The notes beneath the pieces are model-generated. The model was not told where the DNA came from and searched no databases. It saw only the letters and a list, made by a program, of their open reading frames with translations. Positions 38,658 to 48,521 of a stretch of 64,000 nucleotides of DNA are shown one piece after another. Where the stretch lies: assembly GCA_934248075.1 (NCBI GenBank), contig CAKQKH010000003.1, forward strand, positions 46,710 through 110,709. Direction: 5' to 3'. This DNA is from an uncultured Alphaproteobacteria bacterium. GTDB taxonomy: Bacteria > Pseudomonadota > Alphaproteobacteria > RF32 > CAG-239. Made by a program: the position numbers and the translations under genes. Every line of letters begins with the position of its first letter. The stretch's first letter is position 1.

Positions 38658-39581
38658 TTAGACGAGAGCGGATAAATAGTTATTGATTGAATCCGGCAAA
38701 ATCACAACAATGTTTTTGCCGATAAATTCATCTCTAGCCGCCAGTCTGGTAGCCGCAGCAATTGCCGCTCCGCCGGAAATGCCAACCGGCAATCCCTCTG
38801 TTACCGCAACTTCGGCAGCCGTTTGCCAGGCCTCGTCATCAGCTACATCAGCCACTTCATCAACCAGACTCCGCTCATACAACGGCGGAACAAAACCGGC
38901 GCCAATCCCTGGTATCCGGTGTATCCCAGGCTCTCCTCCTGACAGCACCGAACTAGATTTAGGCTCCACCGCCACCACATACAAATCAGGATTATTGGTC
39001 TTAAGAGTCGCCGCTGTTCCCGTCAAAGTGCCAGATGTTCCGACTGCCGCTACCAAAACATCAACATTGCCATGGGTTGCGTCCATAATTTCCATGCTGG
39101 TTCCAAATCTATGAGCGTCAGTATTGGCGTGATTACAAAATTGCTCAAACATCACCACATTTGGATTTTTCGCTTTAAGCATATCTGCCTTAGCCAGCGC
39201 TCCGCGCATACCGTCTTCTTTTGGGGTCAAAATAACCTCCGCGCCAAAATGACGCATCAGCATAATCCGTTCTTTGGTCATATTTTCCGGCATCGTAATA
39301 ACCAATTTATATCCTTTAGCCGCACACATGGCCGCCAACGCGATTCCGGTGTTTCCGCTGGTTGCCTCCAAAAAGATTGTGTCTTTGGTAACTTTTCCAT
39401 CTGCTTCGGCTTTTTCTATCATTTTCAGTGCCGCTCTGTCCTTAACCGAAAACAACGGATTATAAAACTCACACTTAACCAGAATTTGCGCTTTTAACAA
39501 ATGTTTTTTTTCCCATCGATGCAAACGCAGCAGCGGGGTGTTTCCAACCATTTCCGTTACTGATTCATAAATTTTTTTCAT
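38658..39581 (-). CDS. cysK: Cysteine synthase (O-acetylserine sulfhydrylase, PLP-dependent)
   Basis: The sequence contains GNTPLLRL...EFYNPLFSVKDRAALKMI...ATSGNTGIALAAMCAAKGYKLVITMPE. I prefer ATG 39581 (with AAGGA upstream) over the track TTG at 39635. Confidence 0.88.
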   Translation of the reverse strand: MKKIYESVTEMVGNTPLLRLHRWEKKHLLKAQILVKCEFYNPLFSVKDRAALKMIEKAEADGKVTKDTIFLEATSGNTGIALAAMCAAKGYKLVITMPENMTKERIMLMRHFGAEVILTPKEDGMRGALAKADMLKAKNPNVVMFEQFCNHANTDAHRFGTSMEIMDATHGNVDVLVAAVGTSGTLTGTAATLKTNNPDLYVVAVEPKSSSVLSGGEPGIHRIPGIGAGFVPPLYERSLVDEVADVADDEAWQTAAEVAVTEGLPVGISGGAAIAAATRLAARDEFIGKNIVVILPDSINNYLSALV

Positions 39582-39679
39582 CTTAACATTCCTTATCTGT
39601 TCATAAGCGACAAAATCTGCTGGCGTACTAAGCAAGCTGTTGGTATTATTACACTGTTTAAAAAAGTTGCAATAAAGAA

Positions 39680-40243
39680 ATGAAACACACCGCGCAAATC
39701 ATTATATGTCTGCTTATCGGACTTTCATACTCAGGGTTGGCTCAATCTTCCAGCCTCGATGATTTGTACCGCGATGTCATTCGTTCCGACAATGACGGCT
39801 ATTTGCCGCTGTTTGTTAAAAATCGCTCTATGCCGAATGTATTGATTGAAGAAGAAATCCTCAAAAAAGCGACTGAACAGCCGCAGGCAGAAATCAAAAA
39901 AAGCGGCAACCCCGTCAACCTGATTAATAACGCTCAGGCCAAAGAGGCCGCCAAACGTGCCAAACAACTCAAATGGGAGCAAACTCTACAAGCTGTAAAA
40001 GAAAATCGCGTTACCCCGCTCGATCTTGATGAAATAACCTATCGCGTCAGTTTGGGCGATGCCAAAGCAATTGAGATTTTGGCCTGGATGTACACCAAAG
40101 GCGTTGGCGTCAGCCCTGACTTTGTAGCCGCATTCAGATTATATCAACAAGCAGATAAATTAAATGTTCAGGGCGCCAAAGAAAACGCCGCCAAAGTCTA
40201 TAAAGCTATGACCGCCGAACAAAAATCTCAAATTAAGAAATAG
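39680..40243 (+). CDS. Secreted Sel1-like-repeat protein
   Basis: 187 aa. It has the signal peptide MKHTAQIIICLLIGLSYSGLAQS and one clear SLR-type unit, GDAKAIEILAWMYTKGVGVSPDFVAAFRLYQQA. Confidence 0.6.
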   Translation: MKHTAQIIICLLIGLSYSGLAQSSSLDDLYRDVIRSDNDGYLPLFVKNRSMPNVLIEEEILKKATEQPQAEIKKSGNPVNLINNAQAKEAAKRAKQLKWEQTLQAVKENRVTPLDLDEITYRVSLGDAKAIEILAWMYTKGVGVSPDFVAAFRLYQQADKLNVQGAKENAAKVYKAMTAEQKSQIKK

Positions 40244-40263
40244 ATTTTTTTACAGACACAAAG

Positions 40264-40311
40264 AAGGCTGGTCAGCCTAGTATAAAAATTGGTACATGAC
40301 TGACCGGCCTT
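40264..40311. terminator. Hairpin between convergent genes (possible bidirectional terminator, GTAC/A-loop type)
   Basis: A 12-bp outer stem AAGGCTGGTCAG / CTGACCGGCCTT (one G-U pair) encloses TAGTATAAAAATTGGTACAT. Confidence 0.4.
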
Positions 40312-40349
40312 TTCGCTGTTTCTGTACTAGTTGCCAGCTAGACGAGCTT

Positions 40350-41009
40350 TTACTCTTTGGCTTCTTTAATTAGCTCTTTAACAAAACCTTTCAGCCCCAC
40401 CTGACGCACGCGTTTCATTCGCTCGCCGGATATAATTTTTTGAATTTTGGTTACGGTTTCTTGCAAATCGGCATTAACTATCACATAATCAAACTCGTCC
40501 CAGTGACTCATCTTGTCCAAAATTATGCCCATTCTCTGTTCTATCACCTCTTTAGAATCTGTTTTCCGATTCTCCAGACGACTGCGTAATTCTTTAATCG
40601 ATGGCGGCAACAAATAAATTGTTACCACATCGTTAGCGGCTTTTTTGCGCATTTGTCGAGCGCCAGCCCAATCCATATCAAACATAACATCTTGTCCGAC
40701 ATTGATAAAACTATCAACTTCCGAGCGCAAAGTGCCATATCTGGAACCATATTGCGAATCAACATATTCATAGAATGCGTCCTGAGCCAAAAATTCATCA
40801 TATTGCTCATCACTGACAAAGTAATAATCAACTCCATCTACTTCACCGGGACGCGGTTTGCGAGTTGTAACTGAAACCGAAAATTTGATATTTGCATCTT
40901 TTTTCAGCAACTCTTTAATCACGGTGCCTTTTCCCGTTCCGGACGGCGCTTCAATAATAAACATGGCTCCTTTGCGGACTTTTTTCAAACGATCAATAAT
41001 TTCATTCAT
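40350..41009 (-). CDS. gmk: Guanylate kinase
   Basis: 219 aa containing IIEAPSGTGKGTVIKEL...SVSVTTRKPRPGEVDGVDYYFV. Confidence 0.93.
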   Translation of the reverse strand: MNEIIDRLKKVRKGAMFIIEAPSGTGKGTVIKELLKKDANIKFSVSVTTRKPRPGEVDGVDYYFVSDEQYDEFLAQDAFYEYVDSQYGSRYGTLRSEVDSFINVGQDVMFDMDWAGARQMRKKAANDVVTIYLLPPSIKELRSRLENRKTDSKEVIEQRMGIILDKMSHWDEFDYVIVNADLQETVTKIQKIISGERMKRVRQVGLKGFVKELIKEAKE

Positions 41010-41019
41010 GGCAATATCC

Positions 41020-41916
41020 TTATTCTATATTTTGTACTTGTTCGCGGAACTGCTCAATCAGAGCCTTAAGTTCCATACCCAAATTAGTCAGCTCGGCATC
41101 TGTGGACTTAGAACAAGTCGTATTGGCCTCGCGGTTTAGTTCCTGACACAAAAAATCCAACCGGCGTCCAACAACCTCAGAGCTGCTCAATAATTGCTCC
41201 GCTGTTTTTATATGCGCCACAAGCCGATCAACTTCTTCCCTAATATCTGCTCTTGTAACATAAAAAACCACCTCTTGCGCCAGTCGTTCTTCACTAACAT
41301 CTGCCAAATCGACCCATTGTTTAATCTGAGTCTCCAGTTTTTCCTTAACCATGTGCGGAAGCTCATCTGCTATTTTAACAATTTGCGTAACCGTATTTCT
41401 GATTTTATCCAAAATATTGTTCAAAGCAAATTTTATTTTTGCTCCTTCCGACTGCCTGTCTAATTGCAACCGCTTACATAATTCTGTAAAATCTTCAAGC
41501 AATTTTTCGCGCAACAATTCCTCGTCTGCACTTGAAACCGCCGCAGTCTCAACCACCCCAGGAAAGCGTAGCAACTCCCCCGCTGACGGCCTGGCAATCA
41601 GATCCGGATTACGTTGATATACGGCCATAGCTTGAGCTGCCAGAGCCTGCAACAAAGTTTCATTAATTTGTACGTCAGCATTTTTATTGGCGCGGTTCAC
41701 TTCCAGATTTATGCTCACGCTTCCCCTTTGCAAATATTGAGCCGCTTTTTTTTTCAGTTCTAATGATAAGTCTTCATAAGCCGGCGGTATTTTGGTTTTT
41801 ATATCCAACGCCTTGCCATTGACACTCTTAATCTCAAAAATCCAGCTAATCGCACTGTTTTCTGTCTGTAATTCTCCGGAAATTCTTGCAAATCCGGTCA
41901 TGCTTGTTATAGTCAA
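41020..41916 (-). CDS. yicC: YicC-family stress-induced protein
   Basis: 298 aa. The N-terminus is SMTGFARISGE...EIKSVNGKALDIK and the C-terminus is LCQELNREANTTCSKS. It shows the conserved yicC-gmk adjacency. Confidence 0.85.
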   Translation of the reverse strand: MTITSMTGFARISGELQTENSAISWIFEIKSVNGKALDIKTKIPPAYEDLSLELKKKAAQYLQRGSVSINLEVNRANKNADVQINETLLQALAAQAMAVYQRNPDLIARPSAGELLRFPGVVETAAVSSADEELLREKLLEDFTELCKRLQLDRQSEGAKIKFALNNILDKIRNTVTQIVKIADELPHMVKEKLETQIKQWVDLADVSEERLAQEVVFYVTRADIREEVDRLVAHIKTAEQLLSSSEVVGRRLDFLCQELNREANTTCSKSTDAELTNLGMELKALIEQFREQVQNIE

Positions 41917-41993
41917 GATTATACTCCTTCTCCAGATTTTAACTTATTGTAATCGCAAATACTTAAAAAGTTTTTACCATAAAGGAATTTAAT

Positions 41994-42755
41994 ATGTCTT
42001 CATTCAAAAACATTCTGATTACCGGCGCGTCCAGCGGCATTGGCGAGGCTTTGGCTTTGTATTATGCCTCGCGCGGAGCCGAAAATATCTTCATTTGCGG
42101 TCGCAACTCCCAAAGACTAAAAGACGTAGCCTCTACCTGCCGCAAATATCAGACCAAAGTTCATACCAAAATCCTTGATGTAACGAACCGCACTGCCCTT
42201 TGCGAATGGATAAAATCATGTGAAACTCAAGCCCCTCTGAATCTGGTGTTTGCCAATGCCGGAGTATCAACCGGCGCCGAAACCGCTGAAAACATATACA
42301 ACACCTTTGAAACCAATGTTATGGGTGTGGTTAATACCGTTTTGCCGACTATCGAAATTTTCCAACAAAACAAAGAACGTTACCGCCGCACCATTGCTAT
42401 CACCAGCTCCATTGCCGGCTATCACGGGCTTATGCCGTGTCCGTCATACAGTGCCAGCAAAGCATGTGTCAAAGCTTGGGGCGAGGCCTTGCGGTTGGCG
42501 CTAAAAAATGATGGCATCAATGTCAGCGTTATTTGCCCCGGATTCGTTCGCTCGCGCATCACCGCTCAAAACACTTGTCCAATGCCTTATTTTATGGAGG
42601 CAGCCAAAGCCGCTGAAATTATTGCCCGCGGACTAGAAAACAATGTTGGACTGATTGCTTTTCCATGGCAAATGCGCTTTGCCTCATGGCTTGGTTCCAT
42701 ATTGCCAAATTGCATAAGTGAATACATATACGGCCGTCTGCCATACAAAGTCTAG
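41994..42755 (+). CDS. Short-chain dehydrogenase/reductase (SDR)
   Basis: 253 aa. The cofactor motif is ITGASSGIGEALA and the catalytic motif is YSASKACVKAW (YxxxK). Confidence 0.8.
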   Translation: MSSFKNILITGASSGIGEALALYYASRGAENIFICGRNSQRLKDVASTCRKYQTKVHTKILDVTNRTALCEWIKSCETQAPLNLVFANAGVSTGAETAENIYNTFETNVMGVVNTVLPTIEIFQQNKERYRRTIAITSSIAGYHGLMPCPSYSASKACVKAWGEALRLALKNDGINVSVICPGFVRSRITAQNTCPMPYFMEAAKAAEIIARGLENNVGLIAFPWQMRFASWLGSILPNCISEYIYGRLPYKV

Positions 42756-44041
42756 TTTGCGCGAAAAGACTGCTTATGCGCTAAATACAACAATATCAAC
42801 AAAGCCGGCACCGCCATAAACGTGGTTAAAACAAAAAACGCCGACCATGACATAATTGCCGCCACAAAACCGGAAGTCGCGGCAAAGACATCTCGAGCCA
42901 AACTCATAAATGAACTAAGCAAAGCATATTGTGTCGCCGTATAAGCCACATTGCACAATGATGACAAATAAGCCACAAAAGCCGCCGTTCCTAAACCTCC
43001 GGAAATATTATCAATGGATATTGTCGCCATCAGCACATAAATATCATGTCCGGCATAGGCCAGCCACACATAAGCCAGATTAGACGCTCCTTGCAAAATT
43101 CCGCACCACAAAAGAGATTTTACAATTCCGTATCGACTAACCATAATTCCGCCCAATAGCGTGCCGATAATGGTTGCTATTACTCCATAAACTTTGATAA
43201 CCGAAGCAATTTCAATTTTACTGAATCCCATATCATCATAGAATGGATAAGCCATCGGCGCCATATAGGCATCGCTCATTCGATACAAAAACACAAAAGC
43301 TAATATCCACACCCAATGCCGCCGTTTTGCAAAATCTGCCAACGGATCATACACGGCATTTTTCATAAATATCGCAACCTTGCGCCCCAAACTTTGGCTT
43401 CTGACTTCTTTCGGCAAGCTCTGCGTTTCTTTATGCTCGCGAGAACACAAAATCGTAATCATACCGACCAATGCTCCCAGCGCCATTACCTTATAGACAT
43501 TGTTCCAGCTCATTACCGCCGCCATAAACAAAGCTCCGGCGCCGGAAAATATTGTGCCGAACCGATACCCCAACACAAACACGGCCACTCCGGCTCCCTG
43601 CTCGCGATTGCTAAAGCTTTCAATACGATACGCGTCAAGAACAATATCCTGAGTTGCGGACGCCACAACCGTCAAAAAAGCAAACACCGCCATATGCCAT
43701 GGGTGCGAGGCCGGCTCAGTCATAGACATTCCCAGCAAAGCCAAAAACAACCATATTTGCGCAAACAACGCCCAACCGCGCCGACGACCAAGCCGCCAAA
43801 ACAACGGCAACTTCACCCGATCCACAATCGGCGACCACAACCATTTCAAACTATATGGGGTTTTGGCCAAAGAAAACAGCCCTATCGCCGCCAAAGACAC
43901 TCCGGCGTCTTTCAACCACAGACTAAATGTTCCAAACACCAACAAATAAGGGAAACCGCTTGAAAAACCCAGCAACAACATCGCCAGCATTCGGCGGTCA
44001 AAATATACTTTGGTCGATTCTATCCATTTAGAAAAAAACAT
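42752..44041 (-). CDS. ampG: AmpG-family muropeptide/MFS permease
   Basis: The sequence contains LLLGFSSGFPYLLVFGTFSLWLKDAGVSLAAIGLFSLAKTPYSLKWLWSPIVDR. I prefer ATG 44041 (with GAGGA 8 nt upstream) over the track TTG at 44056. Confidence 0.8.
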   Translation of the reverse strand: MFFSKWIESTKVYFDRRMLAMLLLGFSSGFPYLLVFGTFSLWLKDAGVSLAAIGLFSLAKTPYSLKWLWSPIVDRVKLPLFWRLGRRRGWALFAQIWLFLALLGMSMTEPASHPWHMAVFAFLTVVASATQDIVLDAYRIESFSNREQGAGVAVFVLGYRFGTIFSGAGALFMAAVMSWNNVYKVMALGALVGMITILCSREHKETQSLPKEVRSQSLGRKVAIFMKNAVYDPLADFAKRRHWVWILAFVFLYRMSDAYMAPMAYPFYDDMGFSKIEIASVIKVYGVIATIIGTLLGGIMVSRYGIVKSLLWCGILQGASNLAYVWLAYAGHDIYVLMATISIDNISGGLGTAAFVAYLSSLCNVAYTATQYALLSSFMSLARDVFAATSGFVAAIMSWSAFFVLTTFMAVPALLILLYLAHKQSFRAN

Positions 44042-44167
44042 AGCTTTTATCCTCAATGCTCCAGCAATAACACAAGAGTTTTAACAAATGACTAAACCGG
44101 CTGATAAATCACCAAATTTTAACTTTTATCACTTATAATTCCCACAGCATTTCAAGGAGATTTCATT

Positions 44168-47100
44168 ATGCGCGCTTTGGCAATTATAGCTAAAAACGAG
44201 TTTTACCGCTATTTCACCTCGCCTTTGGCATATGTTTACTTAATCTGTTTTTTGCTTCTAAACGGGTCTTTTGCCTTTTATTTCGGCCATTTTTTTGAGC
44301 GCGGCCAAGCTGATTTGCAATCCATGTTCATTTTTCAGCCATGGGTTTACCTGTTATTTATTCCCGGCATTGCCATGCGGCTTTGGTCAGAGGAATTTCG
44401 CCTAAAAACCATTTTGCAAATTACAACTTTGCCGGTTTCCGTCGCCACACTGGTGTGGGGCAAATTTATCGCCTCATGGTTATTCTGCTCGCTTGCCTTA
44501 TTTCTCACTTTTCCTTTCTGGATTATCGTTAATTTGCTGGGTTCTCCGGACAATTTGGTGATTTTCGCCGGATATCTGGGTTCATGGCTGATTGCCGGCT
44601 GCATGCTGGCAATATCGCAAACCATGTCCGCGCTCACCAAAAATCAAGTTATCGCTTTGGTTTTATCTGTTTTTGCCAACTTATTTTTCTTTTTAAGCGG
44701 GTTGGAATACGTCCTTGAACTGTTTCGCAAAATAACCTCGCCGATTATTGTCGATATGATTGCGTCTTTCAGTTTTCTAAGTCATTTTGCCACCATCAGC
44801 AGAGGTTTGTTAGAGTTGCGAGACATTGTTTTCTTTGCCTCAGTAATCATCTTATTTAACTACGCCAGCACTCTTATCGTCGGCTTTCGCACCGCCGGAA
44901 CCACTCGTTGGCTAAAATCATCGCGCCCGATCAGCTATTTATTGGCGCTGGTGTTTATATTAATCTCTTTTTGCGGAATCAATCTGCTGTCTAATAGCCA
45001 ACTGCGCAGATTCAATCTCGATTTCACTGCTGAGCGTATGTTTTCGCTCACCTCTTCAACCCAAGAAATCATTGCCTCTTTGCCAACTCCGGTAACTGTT
45101 CGCCTATATTACACGCCGATTTTAGGACAGAGAGATCCCGCCGCCAGACAGATGTTTGATAGTGTCAGACTTTTATTACAGCAATATGCATCTCTTTCAA
45201 ACGGCAAAATTAAACTTCATATTTACAATCCACAGCCGCTCAGCACCGAAGAAGACCGCGCCATAGCCGCTGGCCTCCAACCGCTACCGATTATTAACAG
45301 CAACATAAATGCCTATTTCGGCCTTACTTTGAGTGATGAGCAAAACCATCGGGAAATAATACCCCTTTTCCCATTGGCTCGACAAAACTTTATTGAGCAA
45401 GACCTAACCGAAGCTTTTTATCGTCTTAACCACATCAAACCAAACTTAGGCATTATCACCTCGCTTCCCTTGTCAGACAATATCATTGGCAATGTGGTAA
45501 CTCCCAAATGGGAAATTCTTAATCAGCTTGAGCAATTTTATAATGTTTATTTCTTATCAGAAGACAGCGATTTTTCAAATTTTGCCGCTTTGATTATCGC
45601 CCACCCGCAAACTTTGTCAGCGCCGCTACGCCAAAAAATCCAAACTTATAGCTTTAATGGCGGCAAAATATTGGCTTTTTTTGATATTGCCGCAGAATCT
45701 CTACAACTTGCCGGACCGCTAACCAAACCTCTGCAAGCCTCTGATTACGCGAATTTGCCCGAACAATGGGGCTTTCGCTTTTTAGACAATGCCGTTATTG
45801 CTGATTTGGACAATTCATCTTTTATTGATGCCACCACCGATTATCAAAATAACCCTGAATATACGCAAGATCTAATCCAATTTTATTTACGCGGCCACAA
45901 CTTTTCTACATCTTCTCCTGTTACTGCCAACCTGCATCAAATGTTGCTAACCTCGGCCTCGGCTTTTGCCCCCCTAAAAGATGCGTCCATAATTTTTGAA
46001 CCGCTTATAATTGCCAGTCCCAATTCCGAACTTTTGTCTGCCTCCGCCGTATATAACCATATTCATCCGGCTGATATTTTGCGACAATTCAAAGCCGACA
46101 ACCGCATAAAACCCATTGCGGCGCACATAACCGGCACTGACCCGACCAAACCTTTTGAGCTTATAGTTGTCGGCGATAGTGACTTACTATATGACAACTT
46201 TTGGACCACGCATCAAACTATTTCCGAAAAAAACTATGCCATTCCGGTTTTAGACAACGCCAATTTCGTGTTAAATGCTCTAGATTTTCTTCGTCATGAT
46301 TACACGCTGATTGGCCTGCGCGGCAAAAATTATTTATCACGTCCGTTTGAACGAGTAGAAAAACTTCGCATTGCCGCCGCTAGAGAGTTCAAAATCCGCG
46401 AAAAAGAAATTTTTGACAACCTGACCAAAGCCAAAGCCGGAATGCAAGAGGTTATTGGCAAAAAGACCTTTGAAAATCGCCAGACTTTCACACCTGACGA
46501 ACTGGCAGCCATTGCCGGAATTCGCAAACAAATAGACCATGAACGGCAAGAACTATTCAATATTCGCGCCAACCTCAATCGCCAAATTGATTATCTTAAC
46601 CTCAAGCTTAAATTTTTTGCCGTTTACGGCATACCGCTATCGCTTTTAATCATCATGCTAATACCGTTGATGCGGCGCCGCAATCCCAAACCGATAGTCT
46701 GGCGCCTCAATCTCCGCATATTGTATATTGGCGCGTTTTCATTGCTTATTTTGGCGTTTGGACTTATTGCCGTGCATTTTCAAAACCAAACTTATGGTTC
46801 CGAGTACGAAGATAAACCAGTTTTTCCGGAATTGCCCAGACAAATAAACAACATTGACAGCCTAACTCTGCAAAATCGCGAGCAAACCTTAAACTTCATC
46901 AAAAACACTGACGGCCTTTGGACGCTTGAAGGCTATCCTCATTATTTGGTTTACCAAAATCGGATTCGCAGTTTTCTCAGCGCTCTGCTCGAAGCCACCT
47001 ATTATGAAAAAAAATCTTCCGGAATAGAACATTTGGCCGCTTTTGGACTGCTTCCGCCGGAAAACCAAGATTCATCTGCGATTAGCGTAACTTTAGCTAA

Positions 47101-47662
47101 TGCTGACCATTCTTTATTAAAATTTGATATCGGACAATATGATTTAGATCTCGGACGCGGCAGCCGCGGCGCTTATATTCGTATGCCGGATAGTTTTCAG
47201 GTTTGGCAAATTGCCGCTGATTTTATTGATTTATCTCTGCACAAAGACAGCTGGACATACAGCAGTCTATGGAATCTTCAATTTGGACGAATTGCAAACA
47301 TTAACCACAATACCGACCCTGACACTATCGCAAACATAGCCAAAGACCTGCTAAACATTCACTTTCAAAAGGCATTATTATTTTCTCCTGCCGCTTCTTC
47401 ACCGCTTCTCAGTTTAGACATCACCGCGCAAGATGATTTGCACATAATCATCAAATTTTATCTATCTGACAACAAATACCTTGCGGTTTATGATTTTGTG
47501 AATATATCTTCATCATCTCTCTTGCAAAATTTCGCTGCCTATGCCAAAGGTATTGCATACGAAATTTCAGACGCCGATATGGAGAAATTAATAAATGCAA
47601 TCAAGCCTCAGCGAACAACAGGGCAATCGCCTCAAAAAACAAGCGACCATAGCCAGCATTAG
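44168..47662 (+). CDS. Fusion: ABC-2-type permease (GldF-like), GldG-like auxiliary domain, and a DUF4340-like C-terminal domain
   Basis: 1164 aa. The N-terminal roughly 240 aa is a polytopic ABC-2-like region. A large extracytoplasmic region follows (PVTVRLYYTP...IVVGDSDLLYDNFW), then a TM helix near residue 820 and a further soluble domain. The domain names come from recalled architecture. Confidence 0.65.
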   Translation: MRALAIIAKNEFYRYFTSPLAYVYLICFLLLNGSFAFYFGHFFERGQADLQSMFIFQPWVYLLFIPGIAMRLWSEEFRLKTILQITTLPVSVATLVWGKFIASWLFCSLALFLTFPFWIIVNLLGSPDNLVIFAGYLGSWLIAGCMLAISQTMSALTKNQVIALVLSVFANLFFFLSGLEYVLELFRKITSPIIVDMIASFSFLSHFATISRGLLELRDIVFFASVIILFNYASTLIVGFRTAGTTRWLKSSRPISYLLALVFILISFCGINLLSNSQLRRFNLDFTAERMFSLTSSTQEIIASLPTPVTVRLYYTPILGQRDPAARQMFDSVRLLLQQYASLSNGKIKLHIYNPQPLSTEEDRAIAAGLQPLPIINSNINAYFGLTLSDEQNHREIIPLFPLARQNFIEQDLTEAFYRLNHIKPNLGIITSLPLSDNIIGNVVTPKWEILNQLEQFYNVYFLSEDSDFSNFAALIIAHPQTLSAPLRQKIQTYSFNGGKILAFFDIAAESLQLAGPLTKPLQASDYANLPEQWGFRFLDNAVIADLDNSSFIDATTDYQNNPEYTQDLIQFYLRGHNFSTSSPVTANLHQMLLTSASAFAPLKDASIIFEPLIIASPNSELLSASAVYNHIHPADILRQFKADNRIKPIAAHITGTDPTKPFELIVVGDSDLLYDNFWTTHQTISEKNYAIPVLDNANFVLNALDFLRHDYTLIGLRGKNYLSRPFERVEKLRIAAAREFKIREKEIFDNLTKAKAGMQEVIGKKTFENRQTFTPDELAAIAGIRKQIDHERQELFNIRANLNRQIDYLNLKLKFFAVYGIPLSLLIIMLIPLMRRRNPKPIVWRLNLRILYIGAFSLLILAFGLIAVHFQNQTYGSEYEDKPVFPELPRQINNIDSLTLQNREQTLNFIKNTDGLWTLEGYPHYLVYQNRIRSFLSALLEATYYEKKSSGIEHLAAFGLLPPENQDSSAISVTLANADHSLLKFDIGQYDLDLGRGSRGAYIRMPDSFQVWQIAADFIDLSLHKDSWTYSSLWNLQFGRIANINHNTDPDTIANIAKDLLNIHFQKALLFSPAASSPLLSLDITAQDDLHIIIKFYLSDNKYLAVYDFVNISSSSLLQNFAAYAKGIAYEISDADMEKLINAIKPQRTTGQSPQKTSDHSQH

Positions 47663-48521
47663 TCTTGCCGTTACCCTCATTATCATCAAGACTGTCGGAG
47701 TAATCCTGAGCGGATCGCTGTCCGTATTTTCTTCCATGATTGACAGCATGGCTGACTTGTTTGCCTCCTCTATCACGTTTATTGCCGTCCGCATATCTTC
47801 TCAGCCTGCGGATCTTCGGCATCGCTATGGACATGGCAAAGCCGAAGCTCTGAGCGCGTTGGTTCAAGCGGCTTTCATTACCGGATCCGGATGTTTTATT
47901 TTATACGATGGCATCTATCGTTTGTTTGTTCCGCAACCCTTGCCCAAAGCCGATTTCGGGCTTTTGGTCATGGTTATCAGCCTGATTTTAACCATAATTT
48001 TAATCTCATTTCAGAAATATGTAGCCGTCCGCACGGCTTCCAAAGCTATCAACGCCGATGCCGCTCATTACAGCGTTGACGTCATAACCAATTTATCAAT
48101 CATCATCACCTTGTTGGTTGTAAAATTTTTCGGTTTAGAGTGGTTTGACACTATTACTGCCATTGCCATATCATCTTATCTTTTGTACAGCTCCTACAAA
48201 TTAGCCTATGATGCCGTTGCTTTGCTCATGGACAAAGAGCTTGACGATTCTATCCGCGACAACATCGCCAAAATCGCCCTATCCTGTGATCATATCTGCG
48301 GCTTACACGATATGCGCACTCATGACCTTGGTAGTCATTATATGATAGAATTACATCTGGAACTTGACGGCAATTTAAGCCTTAGCGCCGCTCACCAATA
48401 TACAGACAATGTCGAAACCGAATTACAAAAGGCTTACCCGGGAGCTCAGATTATTATCCATCAAGACCCTTCCGGCCTTTTTGAAAATCGTTTAGATGAC
48501 AATCTGACCCAACCGCGCTAA
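47595..48521 (+). CDS. Cation diffusion facilitator (CDF) family metal efflux transporter
   Basis: 308 aa containing SLAVTLIIIKTVGVILSGSLSVFSSMIDSMADLFAS...HRYGHGKAEAL...AAHYSVDVITN. It overlaps the upstream gene by 68 nt. Confidence 0.85.
   Translation: MQSSLSEQQGNRLKKQATIASISLAVTLIIIKTVGVILSGSLSVFSSMIDSMADLFASSITFIAVRISSQPADLRHRYGHGKAEALSALVQAAFITGSGCFILYDGIYRLFVPQPLPKADFGLLVMVISLILTIILISFQKYVAVRTASKAINADAAHYSVDVITNLSIIITLLVVKFFGLEWFDTITAIAISSYLLYSSYKLAYDAVALLMDKELDDSIRDNIAKIALSCDHICGLHDMRTHDLGSHYMIELHLELDGNLSLSAAHQYTDNVETELQKAYPGAQIIIHQDPSGLFENRLDDNLTQPR

Noticed and set aside
43316-43963. 215-aa plus-strand ORF (His/Arg/Gln/Pro-rich)
   Set aside because: It is antisense to ampG and is a shadow of a membrane-protein gene.
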